This document shows, in pieces, positions 40,401 through 55,400 of a stretch of 64,000 nucleotides of DNA. The stretch comes from Tubiluchus corallicola (Eukaryota > Animalia > Priapulida). Position 1 is the stretch's first letter, and every line of letters begins with the position of its first letter. The notes under the pieces are model-generated. The model ran no database searches, was not told where the DNA came from, and saw only the letters and a program-made list of their open reading frames with translations. Position numbers and translations under genes: made by a program. The stretch spans positions 1 through 64,000 of the forward strand of contig JAQGDQ010000245.1 of NCBI GenBank assembly GCA_030141605.1, written 5' to 3'.

Positions 40401-43400
40401 AAATTCAGGTGACTTTATATATCTTGATTACGTGTTTATAGCGATCCTTGAGAAAAGAAATTTGTGAAACCACATTTGTGAAAGTACTAATTTATTACTA
40501 CAACTAACTTAAAGTTCTGTTTGCACATACATGTCAGGTGACACTTATAGATAAATGAGAAAACATGAAATTATGCTGTTGTTTAGTAATATATTAGTGT
40601 GTCTGCATGGATTCACACTTTAGAGGTATTACGTATATGTACTAATACGTTTTAGTATTTCAAATCAAACTGTAAACCAACAACAGTATACTATTACTTT
40701 TTTGTAACAAGGACTAAATTTTGCTGACGAAGTATTTTTGGTTACTTCTATAAATGATTCGTATAATTTTTCCACAACCTTGTAAATTAGCTTGATACAT
40801 ATTACCGGGTCTATGTAACATCTTGTATCTATTCTAGGAGCTGTCTTGATGTTTGCTGAAAAAAATGATACTTATTTTCTTGTTGGTGTCAAGGATGCAC
40901 GTGTTATTGTTCAATGGGGATCGTTAGGTCCAAAGCCTTTTAATGTGCAGGTATATAACTTGGTTTCTTCACTCAGTCATTTATTTATCTGCTTATATTT
41001 CTTTATTCATTCATTTATCCTTTTATTTGTTTATTTATTTATTTGTCCATTTAATAATTCAAATAATTAAATATTTGGTTTAGTACTCCTTTTGTTCATT
41101 TATTTATTTACTGTTTCATTTATTCATTCTCTTTTTTGAAGTCACTTTTTCACATGCATTTAGCAGTAAGCAGTTGTCTTTTATAAAACTTGAAGTGGGT
41201 TTATAAAACCTGAAAATAAGTGTCTATTCTAATTCATTTTAAGTAGATAAGTTTTAGCAATTTTAAGTATAGTGGCGTGTACTTATAACTGTTGTCATTG
41301 CTGGAAAGTTTGTTATTAGAAATTATGCCTGAGGAATCAGGTTGTTTTAAATATATTTTGCTATGTATGTTTCGAAATGTTGCATTACATTCTATGCAAT
41401 TGCTTTTTGTCTGAATTTATGTTAGACATCTTCTGTATAATTTGCAACTTTTGTCTGTATTCCATTGATTATATCATTTTTCAGCTATATATTGGTAAGC
41501 GGCGCAGTATTGAACCACGGAAAACCTATGTCGTAGAACTTCTACAGTTATCTTCATCAGTATTTACATCAAGTTCAATAAATAATAAAACTGTCCCAGT
41601 GACGTCAGCAGAAACTGCTGTCTTAAGCTCTAAAAGCTTGCCTGATGGTTTTGTGTATTTTGGACACTATGGCACTGCTACTATACTGGAGGTGAGAAAT
41701 CCGATTGTTTGGTTAACATTTAATTACTGTTGAGTGCATTCACCATTTAATATGAACTTTGAATGTGTTAAGAAATTATTTTTATTTTTTTAAGTGGTTC
41801 ACTGAATCAGCTTAATTTCATTTTTGTTTTGTGATTTATAAAAGCCAAAATAAACCAAATGCAGAATAAGCTATTGAAAAGGTGTCATGTCTGACATTAT
41901 ACACAAAAAAAAACTTTGAAACAATAAAATTTGTACACTACACATCTGTTATTTTTCAGAAGTTCAGGTACATCTTTCCAGGCACTCAGCCAGTTTGTTT
42001 AGGTTCCATCACCATAGGCACTAAATTACTGGATTTCTCCCGTTCTTCTGCTGTGCCTTGTCCTGCTGAGCTGTGTGGCTGTCAACCTGGTTTCCAGGGT
42101 AATTGCCTGTCTCTAAAATGTTATTTCGTAACTATATTGACAGGGATAATTTGCATATAAAGCTTTTGTGTAAAACTAATTTATTACGGTTAAGTATGTT
42201 TGAGGTAACCTACTAGAAAAGCTTCTTCTATATATTGCAGGTACATTTTGTGAAATTGAAATTAATGAATGCTGGGAGCCAGTTTCTCATCAGTGCCAAA
42301 ATGGAGCTACATGTGTAGACGAGATAAATTCTTACTCTTGCACTTGTCCTCCTCAATGGACTGGAATCTTTTGTGAAACGGTACATGATTATTTGATAAC
42401 TTGCACTTAGCATGAATGGAACATATTATGCAGTAAATATCATTAAAGTCTAAGTTGATAAGCTGACACCAAATTTCAAAATTGGAAATTATATACGGCA
42501 TACCAGCTGCATAATTTACCAACCGATATTTCGTCAAACGAATAATCCTCTTGAAAAGTAGTTCTGAACACTTTAAATACAAACAATTCTTCCTATAGTG
42601 CATATATAATGCTTCACTGCCTGTTTCTGTTAATGTTATGATACTCCTTCTAGGTGAGAGAGTTTGAACCATGGTGTAAAGGTATCCCATGTTTGCACAA
42701 CAGCACTTGTATCGAGGAGGAAAATGGCTTCAGGTGCTCTTGTTCTGTTGGTTTCACAGGCAGACTGTGTGAAGCGGACATTGATGAGTGCAGCCACTTG
42801 CCTTCTCCCTGCAAAAATTATGTTTCTTGTGAGAACACTTTGGGTAGTTTTATTTGCCATTGTATGCAAGGTGAGTGGTGTGCTTTGGCTGTTCAAATTT
42901 TAATTCTCTGTATTGTTTCTTTTTGTTGATCGGGTTGGTTTTAACAGTGTCATGGCCAAAAGAATAAGACCATTTAACAAAAAAACTTTTTTTGCTCATC
43001 TGTTATTAAACCAGCACTGTCCATTATTAATGTCATTCATACAAGTGCAAAGTGCAGCTGACTTCTGAGCATTCACCCACATGTTTAAAAGTGATTTTTG
43101 TAATTTTTTGCCAGTTTTCTGAATTTCATGCTATTTATTCATAGGAGGATAAAAGTAATGATGGTCTTACTCTTTTGGGCATGACTGTATGTAAGTAACT
43201 GTACATATAGTTTCTGGCACAGCAGTTAATACTGCGCATATTATTTTAATTAAATCAGCTTCTATGCATTAATAAGAGTCTTATTTGAAAGGTCTCATGA
43301 ATTGCAAGCACACATTCAGTAAGCTTATGTAGACTTTATAAATTATGCATGATAATCGAACAAGTTTATAAATGTAACTGAAATATATACCACAGTGATT

Positions 43401-46400
43401 TAACACAATTTTGGATGATTACTTGCCATAGATGATAAACTGTAGATGGAAAAGAAATGAAGCATCTTCCCATCTTGCTTTTCCAGTGTTTCCTTCATAA
43501 CTTGATATTTGATGACAGCTGCAAAGATTTAACACCTGAGGATTTTACAATAAATGTATTTTGTTATATCCTAAGAATATCAGTCAATTATACAGGTCTT
43601 CATTACATATTGTGCTGGCAGCAACTTGAGTTCCAATTATGTATTTTCACTTTCCAAAAAAAGGCATTTTCCTTTTTAGGTTTTTCAGGACCTAGCTGTG
43701 AAGATGACATTAACTATTGCTTGTCAGTACCTTGCCAGTTTGGTGGAACTTGTATAGATGGATTGGATGGTTATAGGTAAGTGGTGTGCACTACAGATGA
43801 GTACACATTTGGTAGCAGCATTTGTTAAAACTTGCAATGGAGCATTACAAGGTTGTTTAGCAAACTATAACTCATTACGAAAGCAGAATTATCATTTTGC
43901 ATGTACATGTTGATGTTAGTTATAAAGCATTTGAAAAGAAATTTATGTAATATACATTATACAATAATAATAAAATGCAATGTTTACAGATGTATATGTC
44001 TTGATGAATTCACTGGAGATAATTGTGAAGGTGTTTTGCAAGGATGTGGAGATAACAGTCCTTGTAGTATTCATTCAGTCTGCATCCAACAATCTACAGG
44101 TAGGCCACATTAGACAGATGCCAAAATCATTGATGAACTACATCTTTGGGCCAGTCAATTAGGAAAAAGCAATATCTTGAGTCTTACTTGAACATTTCAA
44201 TTATTTTTTGTAAGATTGTGTCAGAGATGTTACGCTCTTGTAAGGGGATTTTGTGTCATTGACATTATGGGTATTTAGTAAATATGGACTGCTAATCAAA
44301 TCAGGGATGCATTTGCAACAGTTGTATTTGCTAACACATTTCCTTACCTGTAAAATGAAGTAGTTCATTATTAAGGATAATTTCTTACCACTAAGGGACC
44401 AGAAATGTCTTGGCCTTGTTTCAATATGTATACTTTCTCCCTCAAAGCGAAAAATACTGGGTGGATGAAACCAGCGGCTACCCATCAATTTAGTTGCCAT
44501 GCCTGGCATTTCTTAACTTAGTAGTGAACCAGACACTGTGAATATTCAGTCATTTTTCTTACACACCCATACTCTCTGGTGGCTCAGACCCTGGACTGGG
44601 TTTCATGGTAATGATTATAAGGCAGCATATCGGTTAGCATAGCGGCTACCCATCAATTTATTTGCCATGCCTGGCATTGCTTAACTTAGTAGTGAACCAG
44701 ACACTGTGAATATTCAGTCATTTTTCTTACACACCCATACTCTCTGGTGGCTCAGACCCTGGACTGGGTTTCATGGTAATGATTATAAGGCAGCATATCT
44801 GGTATAGATAATATTAAATCCATGTGAATTTTTAACAACTTTTCTTGTCTTCAGGTCAAATACAGTGTTTTTGTGATGATGGATATTACGGAATCTATTG
44901 TGAGCATGAAATTAATGAGTGCGCTTCTACTCCGTGCTATAATGGTGGAACTTGTTTTGATGGAGTAGCAACATTTTACTGCATGTGCCCACCAGGTATG
45001 CTGATTGTATCAAGCATATGTTTGATATGAAATGCCATTATTACCTAAAAATATGGACTTTATACTTTATGACTTTGTCGAATTCTCTCTGTTGACATAC
45101 CTAGTCTTACTGTGTATAGTATGTATAGTAAATTTAAGGAAAACAAACTATTTTCTTAGTGCTTTCTTACACACTTACTTTTATTTCATTGCTATCCTGC
45201 TTACTTAATTGCTTACTTACCTACTTACTTATCAACAACACGATAGCACTATCATTAACAACAGTGCTAGCTCTACAGTAACACTAATGATGCATCAACA
45301 GCAATGATGTCAACAGCAACAAAAATTCTAATGTTGCAATTGTACATCATAACTACCTGAAGTATGGGTATAAACTAATTAATTTTGTTATTTTACAGGT
45401 TATACAAGTAGAGACTGCTCCGTGGATGTGGATGAATGCTACTCTGAACCATGTATGAATGGTGGTATGTGCATTGAATCAGCCATCAATGAGTTTCAAT
45501 GTCTGTGTCCAACCGGATTCACAGGCTCCACTTGTGAGACAAATGTGAATGACTGTTTGCCTGATCCTTGTAATGTGACCCATAGCAAGTGTGTAGATGT
45601 TATAGCAGGCTACAGGTCAGTAAGATCTATTTTTAGAAGTATATTTAGGAGTCTGTTCTAGAAAAGTTCACTAATATTTTATGAGCCTGTCTTCCATTGT
45701 TTACTTATCTTTGATAGTTCTAAACAAAGTATTGCTCATATACATACTAATGTATAATAGTAAATCATTTGATCAAGCATCACAAAACTGTGAGGTGTCA
45801 ATGATGTGTGCTATATATTGAATTTTAAGTTAATTTTGAACACAGCTAAGTAGTCTAAAATTAGTTATTTTTTTAATCTGTTAATGTTCAATCTTAAGTA
45901 AAACCTGGATTGTGTAGCATGCATTATTATCAGGTAAATATCATATTGGTGTGATATGGAAATATATTGTCCAATTAGCATCTAATTCGTTCGTAGACAT
46001 GCCAGTTGATGTAGTTTTCATTTATGTGTAAATTCATCATAAATCAAAAAAATTAAGTGATTTTTGTTTCTTTCGATAGCAATAGACCTTTGCTTTATGC
46101 GACACAAGTTTTTGATACTTTTTTATGAAATTTGGATTGGTTATAATTGACTTTCTATTATAAGTCAGTTATGACAAGGAAATTCAATATTGCCTTACTA
46201 CTTTACCCCTTTAGAATTCCTGTACCAGTTGTATAAGAGTTTGGTAAAAAAAAGTAAAGAATGAATGGACTAAGCAGCGGTTCATGAATTATATCTTGTA
46301 TAGATTTTGAACATAACGGCTTTATCTAGTAAGCAGTCATGCAAGTTTCTGCTTTTTCTAACCGCTTTGAAATTTTTGCAGTATGGTTGGTTGGCCAACA

Positions 46401-49400
46401 TATTTACCCAGTTTTTGAAGTTAACTATAAAAAAGCAAGCAAATAGTTTTGTTTGTGTTCAAGTGACTGATCAGAAACCAAAGCTGTTTTTACATCTCGT
46501 TTAGATGTGTCTGTCCTGATGGCTTCACTGGAAGCTCTTGCAACACATTGATTGATTATTGTCTTGATGTGAAGCCTTGTTTAAATGGAGGAAGTTGTTT
46601 TGGTGGAAGAGGTTCTTACGTCTGCAGGTATTGTTTAGTTTTTTGTATTTGTTCTACACATGTAAGTATTACACATGACGAATATGGCAGGGGGTCATAG
46701 AGACTTTACAGCTTACGTATAACTGTAAGCTTAGAAGAAATTGATGGATATTTGTAACTTGCAGCTTTGCAGAACTGTAATTCTCTAAGTATTACATGTT
46801 AAATGAATTTTAAACTTTAGGCAGGCAAACAAATGTAGGAAAATTCTGTGCTTAAAACAAATAAAAACCTGATAGTTACTCAAATCATAAATCATTGCTT
46901 TGGCAATACTGCATAGTTAGTCCCTGAGTCTAATTAGCTCAGCTTCTTATGAGAACTGTAATACCCCTGAAACAGGTCATCCTGAAGTTTTATTAAGAAA
47001 TTAAGAATTTTGCGACATTATTTAACCCACAGTAACCCACAACATGTTTTTAGCCACCTGGAGCATGTGTTGTCTGATTTTAGAGTTTTATCTGTATTAC
47101 AGTGTTGTACCACTTTTCACCGCTCTGTGTGTATTTTATTTTAGATGTCCATATCCATACGTTGGCGACATCTGCGAGGCTAATATCGACCCATGCTACA
47201 ATGTTAACTGTGAAAATGGTGGAACTTGTGTAAATGATCCACAAGAAGATGGCGGTTTTAGGTGTTATTGTGCACCAGGTTTTATAGGTATTCTAGGATA
47301 ATACTGTTAATATTTGGTTTGCTGTTATAGGGTACGTTGACATATTAAAAGACTAGGAGCTTTTCAAGCAATCTTCAATTGAAGATTTGCTTTTTAGCTG
47401 CTATGAGATTTTTCTAAGTTGATTTTACACTGATTTTGAAGATAATATAAAAATTACGGTTAAAAAGGAATATTTTTGGTAGACTCACCCATAATGACAT
47501 AGAATTACATAATTAACACACAAATACAAACATATTAGTTAGAGTCATTTTAATTAAAAAGTTAAGTGCAATTTTAGGCAATTTTTGACTTTGTAGGTGA
47601 AAGATGCGATGCAGATGTTTATGATTGCCTTTCTACCCCATGTCAAAACAATGGAACATGCATTGAAGGAACTGGTGGTCACATCTATTGCGCTTGTACG
47701 GAGTTTTATGATGGCAGCTTTTGTGAAGCGAGGAAGACTAACTGTACATCGAACCCCTGTTTTAATGATGCACATTGCATGGCTATTGACACTTTTCCTG
47801 GTAATGTGTGTTGTGGAATTTAAGTGTTTTTTATACCAGAAATTTTTATATTAACCGGCATGATAGACAAATTGAAAGCTCTTGATGTGTTATAAATTTT
47901 TGTAGGTTGAGAATTTCATTGATGTTACCTGTTTTTTTTTGTAAATTGCATGCATCTTGTGTTTAAATACTTCCAAAGCCTTGCACTGTTAAAAGAATTT
48001 TTTGGCATCTTTTTTGAAGAAATGTCGTCCTAGTTTTTAATGGCTAATCACATTCGTATTTTTATTTTTAATTATTTTACTGGGTGAGAGAGGCATAAAT
48101 GAGCTTATAAGCCTGGCTGTGGCGGTTAAGAAGCATTAACCCCTGGTACGGGTGAACACCAGTAAAATTTCTCAATAGCTTTTAGGTTTAGGTTATTTCT
48201 GTTTTGGGATATCATGGTAATATTAATAATCTATAATTACGTAATTTGTGTCCTTGATTTGGATCATAGTTTACTGTAGAGCAGCTGTGATGCGAAATTT
48301 GACTTTTTTGATTTGGTTATGAATTTAAATCATTGGTTTAAAGAAATTTGGTCAGATTGTTTTACATACTTTACTATTTCAACAGAAGAATCGTGTGTGC
48401 TATTAGAACTGAAAATGGCATCTGTGAACCTGAAAAGAAGGTTCTAATATGATATTTAGTTTTTATTTACATTCTCTTAAGTAATAAAGAAAACCTGAGT
48501 TTAATCTGCTAGTATTAATCACAAACATGTGCTGCGTGCTTTAATGCTATAATGCTTAACAGGCTTCAAGTGTGTTTGTGAAGCTGGATGGGAAGGACAG
48601 ACTTGTAACATTGATGTCAACGAATGTGCTGTCCATCCTGGTCTCTGTCAGAATGAAGGTCATTGTGTAAACAGATTTGGAACTTATGCTTGCTTATGTT
48701 CACCCTACTGGACGGGACAACATTGCGAGGTTGATGTCATTGAGTGTACTGAAACATCCTGCGTACATGGAACATGCGTTGAGCAAGAAGGTGTGATATA
48801 TTTTACTTTTTTAAACACAGCATTTGTCTGTAATATTTAGCTTTTTGGGTATGAAAGGTTTGGCTGACAATTTTTATTTACGAAGATGTGTATTTGCATT
48901 TCTAATCATTGGTTACTGAATTATGCCATACTTGATTGATTTTGAGGTAAAGTCACATTTACCTAAGATAGAGTCATTTGAGCTCGTCTTGTGCTAGTCA
49001 TCCATATTTGTTTAATATACTTTCCCCAAACCACTTCAGTTCAATTGTGACTATCTAAATCCTTAATTTTTCCTAGGTGATGATTACTTATGTGATTGTT
49101 TTGCTGGCTACACTGGAATGGATTGTGAAACACAAATACAAGCATGTGAGAAATCGCCGTGTTTGAACAATGGAACGTGTATAGATCAGAATGAGTCATA
49201 TGTCTGTGCCTGCTCTTCTCTATACACAGGTACTTATCTTATATAAAGTTAAACTTGTCACTTTTACTAACGCTATATTTAGTTACAGTATACAGCCTCA
49301 ACTAGCTGTTTGGAAGTGTGGTTTCAGAATAATTATGACTACAAAGTATAATTAAATTTTCCCAACATATATGTGGTTTGTCTAAGCATGTCGATAAGTA

Positions 49401-52400
49401 ACACTTTCTAGGTTGTAAAGTGTCTAATAGCAACAAGACTTGATGTGTGATTATTCGGTATAGTTGTACAACTTGATGAAACACAGACATTACTAGCTAT
49501 TTTAATGTACATCCATAACTGTAGCATAGGCACACAAATCTTGCACGTATTGTTGTTTTCGTGCAGTATGTATCTATATCATTCTGTTTTCACAGGTGAC
49601 CACTGCGGGGAGCTAGTGTCTAAAGGTGATGCATGTGCTAGTAGCCCCTGCTTGCATGGCAAATGTGTTGCTGATAGATATGGAGAGGATTATATTTGTA
49701 TATGTGATCAGGTGTGCTGTTTCTTTCATTTTCATTTTATATATTTGCAGTTTACACATATGTTACAATAGGTGCTGCTTAATAGATTCACTTTGGTGCA
49801 AAAGTGTTTTGACCCAATTAACCAACTGAACCTATTAGCCAATGGGCGTAGTATGTAGAAGTATGAGTCATCGCTTACCAACTTGGTAAGCACTGCAAAG
49901 GCTTCAAACAAACTATAGGAACGAACTAATGCTAAAATCCCAATGTGCAGTTATTTAAGAATATGGGTACTAATTTATATAAGTGAATTAATAAAAAAGA
50001 AAACGAAAAAGTAAAAAAATTGCACATATCTGTTTATTTACACTAAAAATTATAAAAATTCATGCAAGGTTGGTCATTTCTTCAAGAAGATGTTGGCTTA
50101 CAAAGTTTACTGATAAAAAAGTTGAAAGTCTGTTGCTTTATGCTTTCATGCAAAATACCTAGTGCCTAATGTGGTGCCCAATGTGCTTGAGCTGCAGTTG
50201 GTGATGCCCGTGTTTCTCCTGTGAAAAGAAGTGGGAGCTTTAAAAGCAAACCACTAGGCAAGTGATTGTGTTTAGCTTCCAGAAACAATGATATTAACTG
50301 CAGCTGACGAGCGGGTGGCAGGTTCAACGCAAAACTGCTGTGCTAGCATTTTAGCAGATGATAACTGTACCTGCTTAAAAACAAAACCGTACTTAACATG
50401 CTTGTTTCTAGGTACATTATGTTGTGCAAATTTGAAGTAAAGATGACAAACATTGTAAAAGCTCTTTTGTCACAAAAATAAAATAATTTTGTCTTATTTT
50501 AAGCACATGAAACAAAAATATTGCGTCAATTATGCGGAGTTATTTGAGTCGATTGCCAATGGTTTTTATATAAATTTGCATATAGAGCTATGGAAAGAGG
50601 AAGAGCTCGGCTACAATGTGTAAAGTTTTTTTTAAAAGTAAAACTTCTTTTATAAATTCCATTTTGATGCTCTCCCCCTTAGGAGACTAGCCATTATGGG
50701 ACACCTAGTCATTATTGTCATCGATTAGTTGATGTCTACTGCTATGTTAATAGTATTATTTAGTGTATTACCATTTTTGAATGAAAACGTTGTAATTTCA
50801 ATGCTTGTTCTTGCATTAATGATCCCTATCTTGTTCAAAATATTTTAGAGTGCATTTTGCTGGTATTGAAATTAAATCCACAATAATGTACTGAAACAAA
50901 CATGTACGTTATTTCACAATAGTTGTAACAGTTTAAATGGAATCGGAAATATTAGGTTACACTTGTTGCTTGTTACTAATTTGTATTGTGCTAATGTGTA
51001 AAAAATAGGTTATATACATTTTTTGTGCATTAGAGATAGTCATTACTGTAAATGCTATGTTGCAGGGCTACACTGGAATAAAGTGTGATGAAATACCAGC
51101 AGGCACTACTACTGTGATGACTTCAACAACAAAACGAGTAACAAATTCTGTTCTTTGTGCCGCACTCAACTTTTGTAACAATATTGGAACATGCATAATG
51201 TCTGATGTTGGTGTCCCAAGCTGCATTTGCCCTAACAATTTTCAAGGTAAAGTCAATAAAGTAATGCCTTATGTGTACGATTTAAACCTTTTAAAATATA
51301 GCTTTGATTTCTAAAAGTGAGTTATCTATATGTTTTCAGTTTAGAAGTAATTTAAAACAGCTGTTGTAAACTATAAAGTGTAAACAATTATAAGACATTC
51401 AAAATTTGCATTTCTTTTGTGATTACAATGATTAAACACACTTTCTGTGTAAACAGCAGCTTTATTTCGCAAATCTTGTATGACTTCAGTATGACAGAGC
51501 TTAGGGGTGAAAGCTGTTGTAGTGACTAAATCAAAATATGTTGAATTTGTCATTTATAATAGTACAGAAATTACTGAAGTTAGACATCTACCAGACTCTA
51601 CCTGAACAGAAATAGAAATTTCTTTCATGTATCATAGTAAGCCAGACAAAGGACATGGACTGACAACCCTTTTTTACTTTTCACAAATTCAGCTTTGTGT
51701 TACTATTATAAAAGCAGTACCTGAAAATCGACTAGTCAGCTTGTAACCTAGCAGAACATCCCTGCTTTTTCGAATGTTTTAATCAGTGGTGGCTCGTGTA
51801 CAGGCACTGTGGAATTGCAGCACCCCCTATTTTCACTTGGTTTTATCGCTAATATTCAATATAATCAGTCTTTTTTTCTTTAATTCTTTCTTTTATAATT
51901 GTACATGCTCGTAAATCCTTGTGCAGAACCAGAGCATGTGATGGAACTATGTCCTTCACAGCTCCAGCAACATGGTAAGATGGCTGTTGTGCGCATGCAG
52001 ATGAAACACTGCACGCTAGGTAGAGAGAGCACTGTCAGTCATGCAGTGTCGATCAAGGAGAAAATTACTAATCTTTTCGCACAAAGTAAAACATGAAGAA
52101 TGGATTTTGTTTTTAAATGAATGGATCAATTTAAACTTAAACTAACATAATAAATTAATTAATTAGATTAATTTCACTTGAACTGTAACAATTTAGGCTA
52201 TTAGTAAGCAAAAAATATTTTTTGTTTAGGATTTTATCAAATTTATATGTAAATTTTCTTTTTGTATGTTTATTTTGTTTTACACAATATTAAAACAATA
52301 GCTAAAAATTTTCTGAAGCAGCACCTCCACTAATCTTAACTACGAGCTGCCACTGGTTTTAATGCATGAGGTGTTTAATTTTTTATATTTTTGTTTCCAG

Positions 52401-55400
52401 GAATTGATTGTTCTGAGCCTGTCTTGATACCTGATAATGATTGCGTAAAAAGTAATCCATGTGCGAGTAACGTAACTGGTATCTGCATCAAGTCTTCTAT
52501 TGGGCAAGTTTCCTGTCAGTGTGTTCCAGGTTATAGTGGCGCTGCATGCGATGAAGTTCTGTCTGTCACTTTTACTGGAAAAGAGTACTTAGAAGTACGT
52601 AGATGTTGAAATAAGATTTTTGCTATTGCTTAAGTCGTAAAATTTGCAGTTAAAGATGATTTCTTGAAGTCATGTATATAATGTTTTTTAATAAATTATT
52701 GTATTGGTCAGATTGGTTTATTTATGATTTTATATTTACATAGATCCCAGTATCGCCTAATGAAGGTGATGGTTTGGTTGTGCAATTTGGATTCAGCACG
52801 ACTGTCAAAGATGGCCTTTTGTTTCTCCTTACAGGCGTAAGTTAATGTTTTGATGTAAATCCACTAAACAAGATTGTTTGAAATGTTTTTAGTCTTTATT
52901 CTGCTTTTGAGCACTGCTCAATGACAAAACACTGATTTTTAGAAAGATTTATAATTTTTTATACGAATAGCCGGTATCTTTATACATCTAGGAAGCATGT
53001 TAGTTTTTAACTGGTAGCTATCTAGGTGTAGTACATTTTATTCTCGCTATATCATGCATGGCATATTAAGCTCTTTGAGTTCACATTGTTATAGTTCTAC
53101 TTCTGAATCATTTTCCCCTCTTTCATTGCTCTGACAACAGTACTGGTATTTGCTTACACGTGTAGGCATTCTTTAACTTATTTATTTTGTTTCCAGAATA
53201 GTGCTGCTGAACGGATGCCTCTGTTTGTAGCCCTTGAATTACACAATGCCGAAACGTTGCGATTCTTGCTTGTTGATCAAATGCAAGATGTTGAAAGCAA
53301 TTTTATTGTGCAGAAGAATGGAGCAGAGAATCATATCATTCTATCAGTCCAACAGACTTATATTAGCCTAACTGTCAATCCAGATAGTTGTGACTTCACA
53401 GAAAGGTGTTTTCTTTCTGTTCCCTTGAATACCGGTATCAGATATGTTTTTGATGATTCATTCTTGATTGGAGGAGCAAAGAGTTTGGATGGACATACTC
53501 GAAGTCATCTGCTTTCTAATGATGGATTCATTGGCTGTTTACAGGTAAATTTGCTCATGCATTAGCTGTCAAAATTTGTGCATTTTCTATACACTTCTGC
53601 ATATTGCAAACCGTAATTCAGCACTCAAAGGCAGGGCCTGCTCAACGAGGCATATGAGCAATGACCATTGCATGACTCACTATTAAGAATATCCCCCTAA
53701 AGTGAGCCATTGCAGCAGCAGAGGTGTCCGAGCCACTTTTGGATGTATTTTCTACTTCGTGCTTTTTAAATAAAAGTTTATGATAAAATAAAATAATCAA
53801 GTTTATGAATGATACAGTCCGGAGCAAATACTGAACCCAGGCAGCCACACGCCTTTCTCTCGAAAGCACGAGTGTCTATTTACTCAGGCGATGCCGCTCA
53901 AGTGTCTTCTGGACCTCTTTCTATTAAATAGTGTTCTCGGTTTATTTTAATGTCTGTAATCTGCTTTCGACAGTGATGCACGATATTTAGACTTTGCCCT
54001 GCTTTTTTAGTTTATTAGCTTACAAAATGATGATGCATTAGACCTGAGCCAGTTTGCTTCAGCTAAGTCATTAATAGCAGCATGCGCAGTTAGAAAAGTG
54101 TGTTCATCTGATTCTTGTCTAAATGGAGGAACATGCAAAGATCTGTGGACCAAAGTGGAATGTCATTGTATCAGTGGTTATTCGGGTAAGATAAATTTTC
54201 TGTAATCTTCATTGTCATATTGAAAAATAAGGTTATTTATATGATAAAAATTGTAGAACATTTCAGAATGCAGCAGTGATGAAAGGAAGTAATTCATTAT
54301 AGTTCTTTCTCTTTTTTGATGATTTTACTCTCAATTTAATAGTACGCTGCACCTTGTTATGCTTGTTTTAGCATAACTTTTGACTGACTATTTTTGATGG
54401 TCACGTATGTATTTGTTTGAAAAAAATAAGACTGTCTTCATCATCTCTTGTTTTCTAGTCATGTCTTTTTTCATATTCCGTAATTGCCCATCATTTATTG
54501 TTTGTTTATTGACAGGTAATCGATGCCAGCATCTCACGACTGTTAGCTTTGAGGATTCTTCTTACCTTCACATTCCCCATTCGGCATCGACTGATGGCAA
54601 AGAAACTATAAAAGAGATGGTGCTGACTATTTCTACTCCTGTAAATTCAGGAATAATCCTTTACACGGTAAGTTTGTATTGATGGCATTCACTTATATTA
54701 TTGAAGAAGGTAAAATTAGCATCAATGAATCAGAAAGATTAAGCGAATGATTATATCCTTTTCCAGTGTCCATTTTTATATAATTTAATTGTTGAAGGAT
54801 CTCACAAACTTCTCATTGCAATAGTAGATATACCTTTTTCTTACAGTAATTAAAGCACTGAAATTGCTTTTATGAATTAACCTTTCACTACGGAAGGTGG
54901 CACAGTGCTGCCTACATTTTTTCTTGTAAGGGACGGAAGGCGGCTGACTGCCGTCCAAGCTGAGCACTAAGTGCAGTCACCCAAGTTTGTTTATTTTGCT
55001 GCTATGCCCATGCAGAAACATTGTAGAAAAGTTTAACAGCCTTGCGATTGTGGATACTCTGCAACAAGTAAGGCTAACCAGCCAATTAGCATCTAAAGCT
55101 AGGTGCATTTCGTAGTACTATACTGTATGGTATGTTGCCATGTAAAATCACTTGTAGATCGTTGACGAAACGTATGTATGTGTGCATGGATGTGTGCGCA
55201 TGTGTATAAATATTTAATATTAGTGTTCAATAACAAATTGTTATGTACAACATTCTGTTTTAATAACACACCACAAGAAGTTATTGGTAAATGTGCAAAA
55301 GCCAATGCAGGCATGTTAAAAAGCAGCTACGTATTGAAAAGGTTAATAATACAAGCAGTTTCTATTCATTTAGTTACAGATTCTGTTGTCTTACTGTTTT

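Noticed and set aside
42241-49711. Notch ortholog
   Set aside because: No LNR, transmembrane or ankyrin exons are present; LamG domains are found instead.
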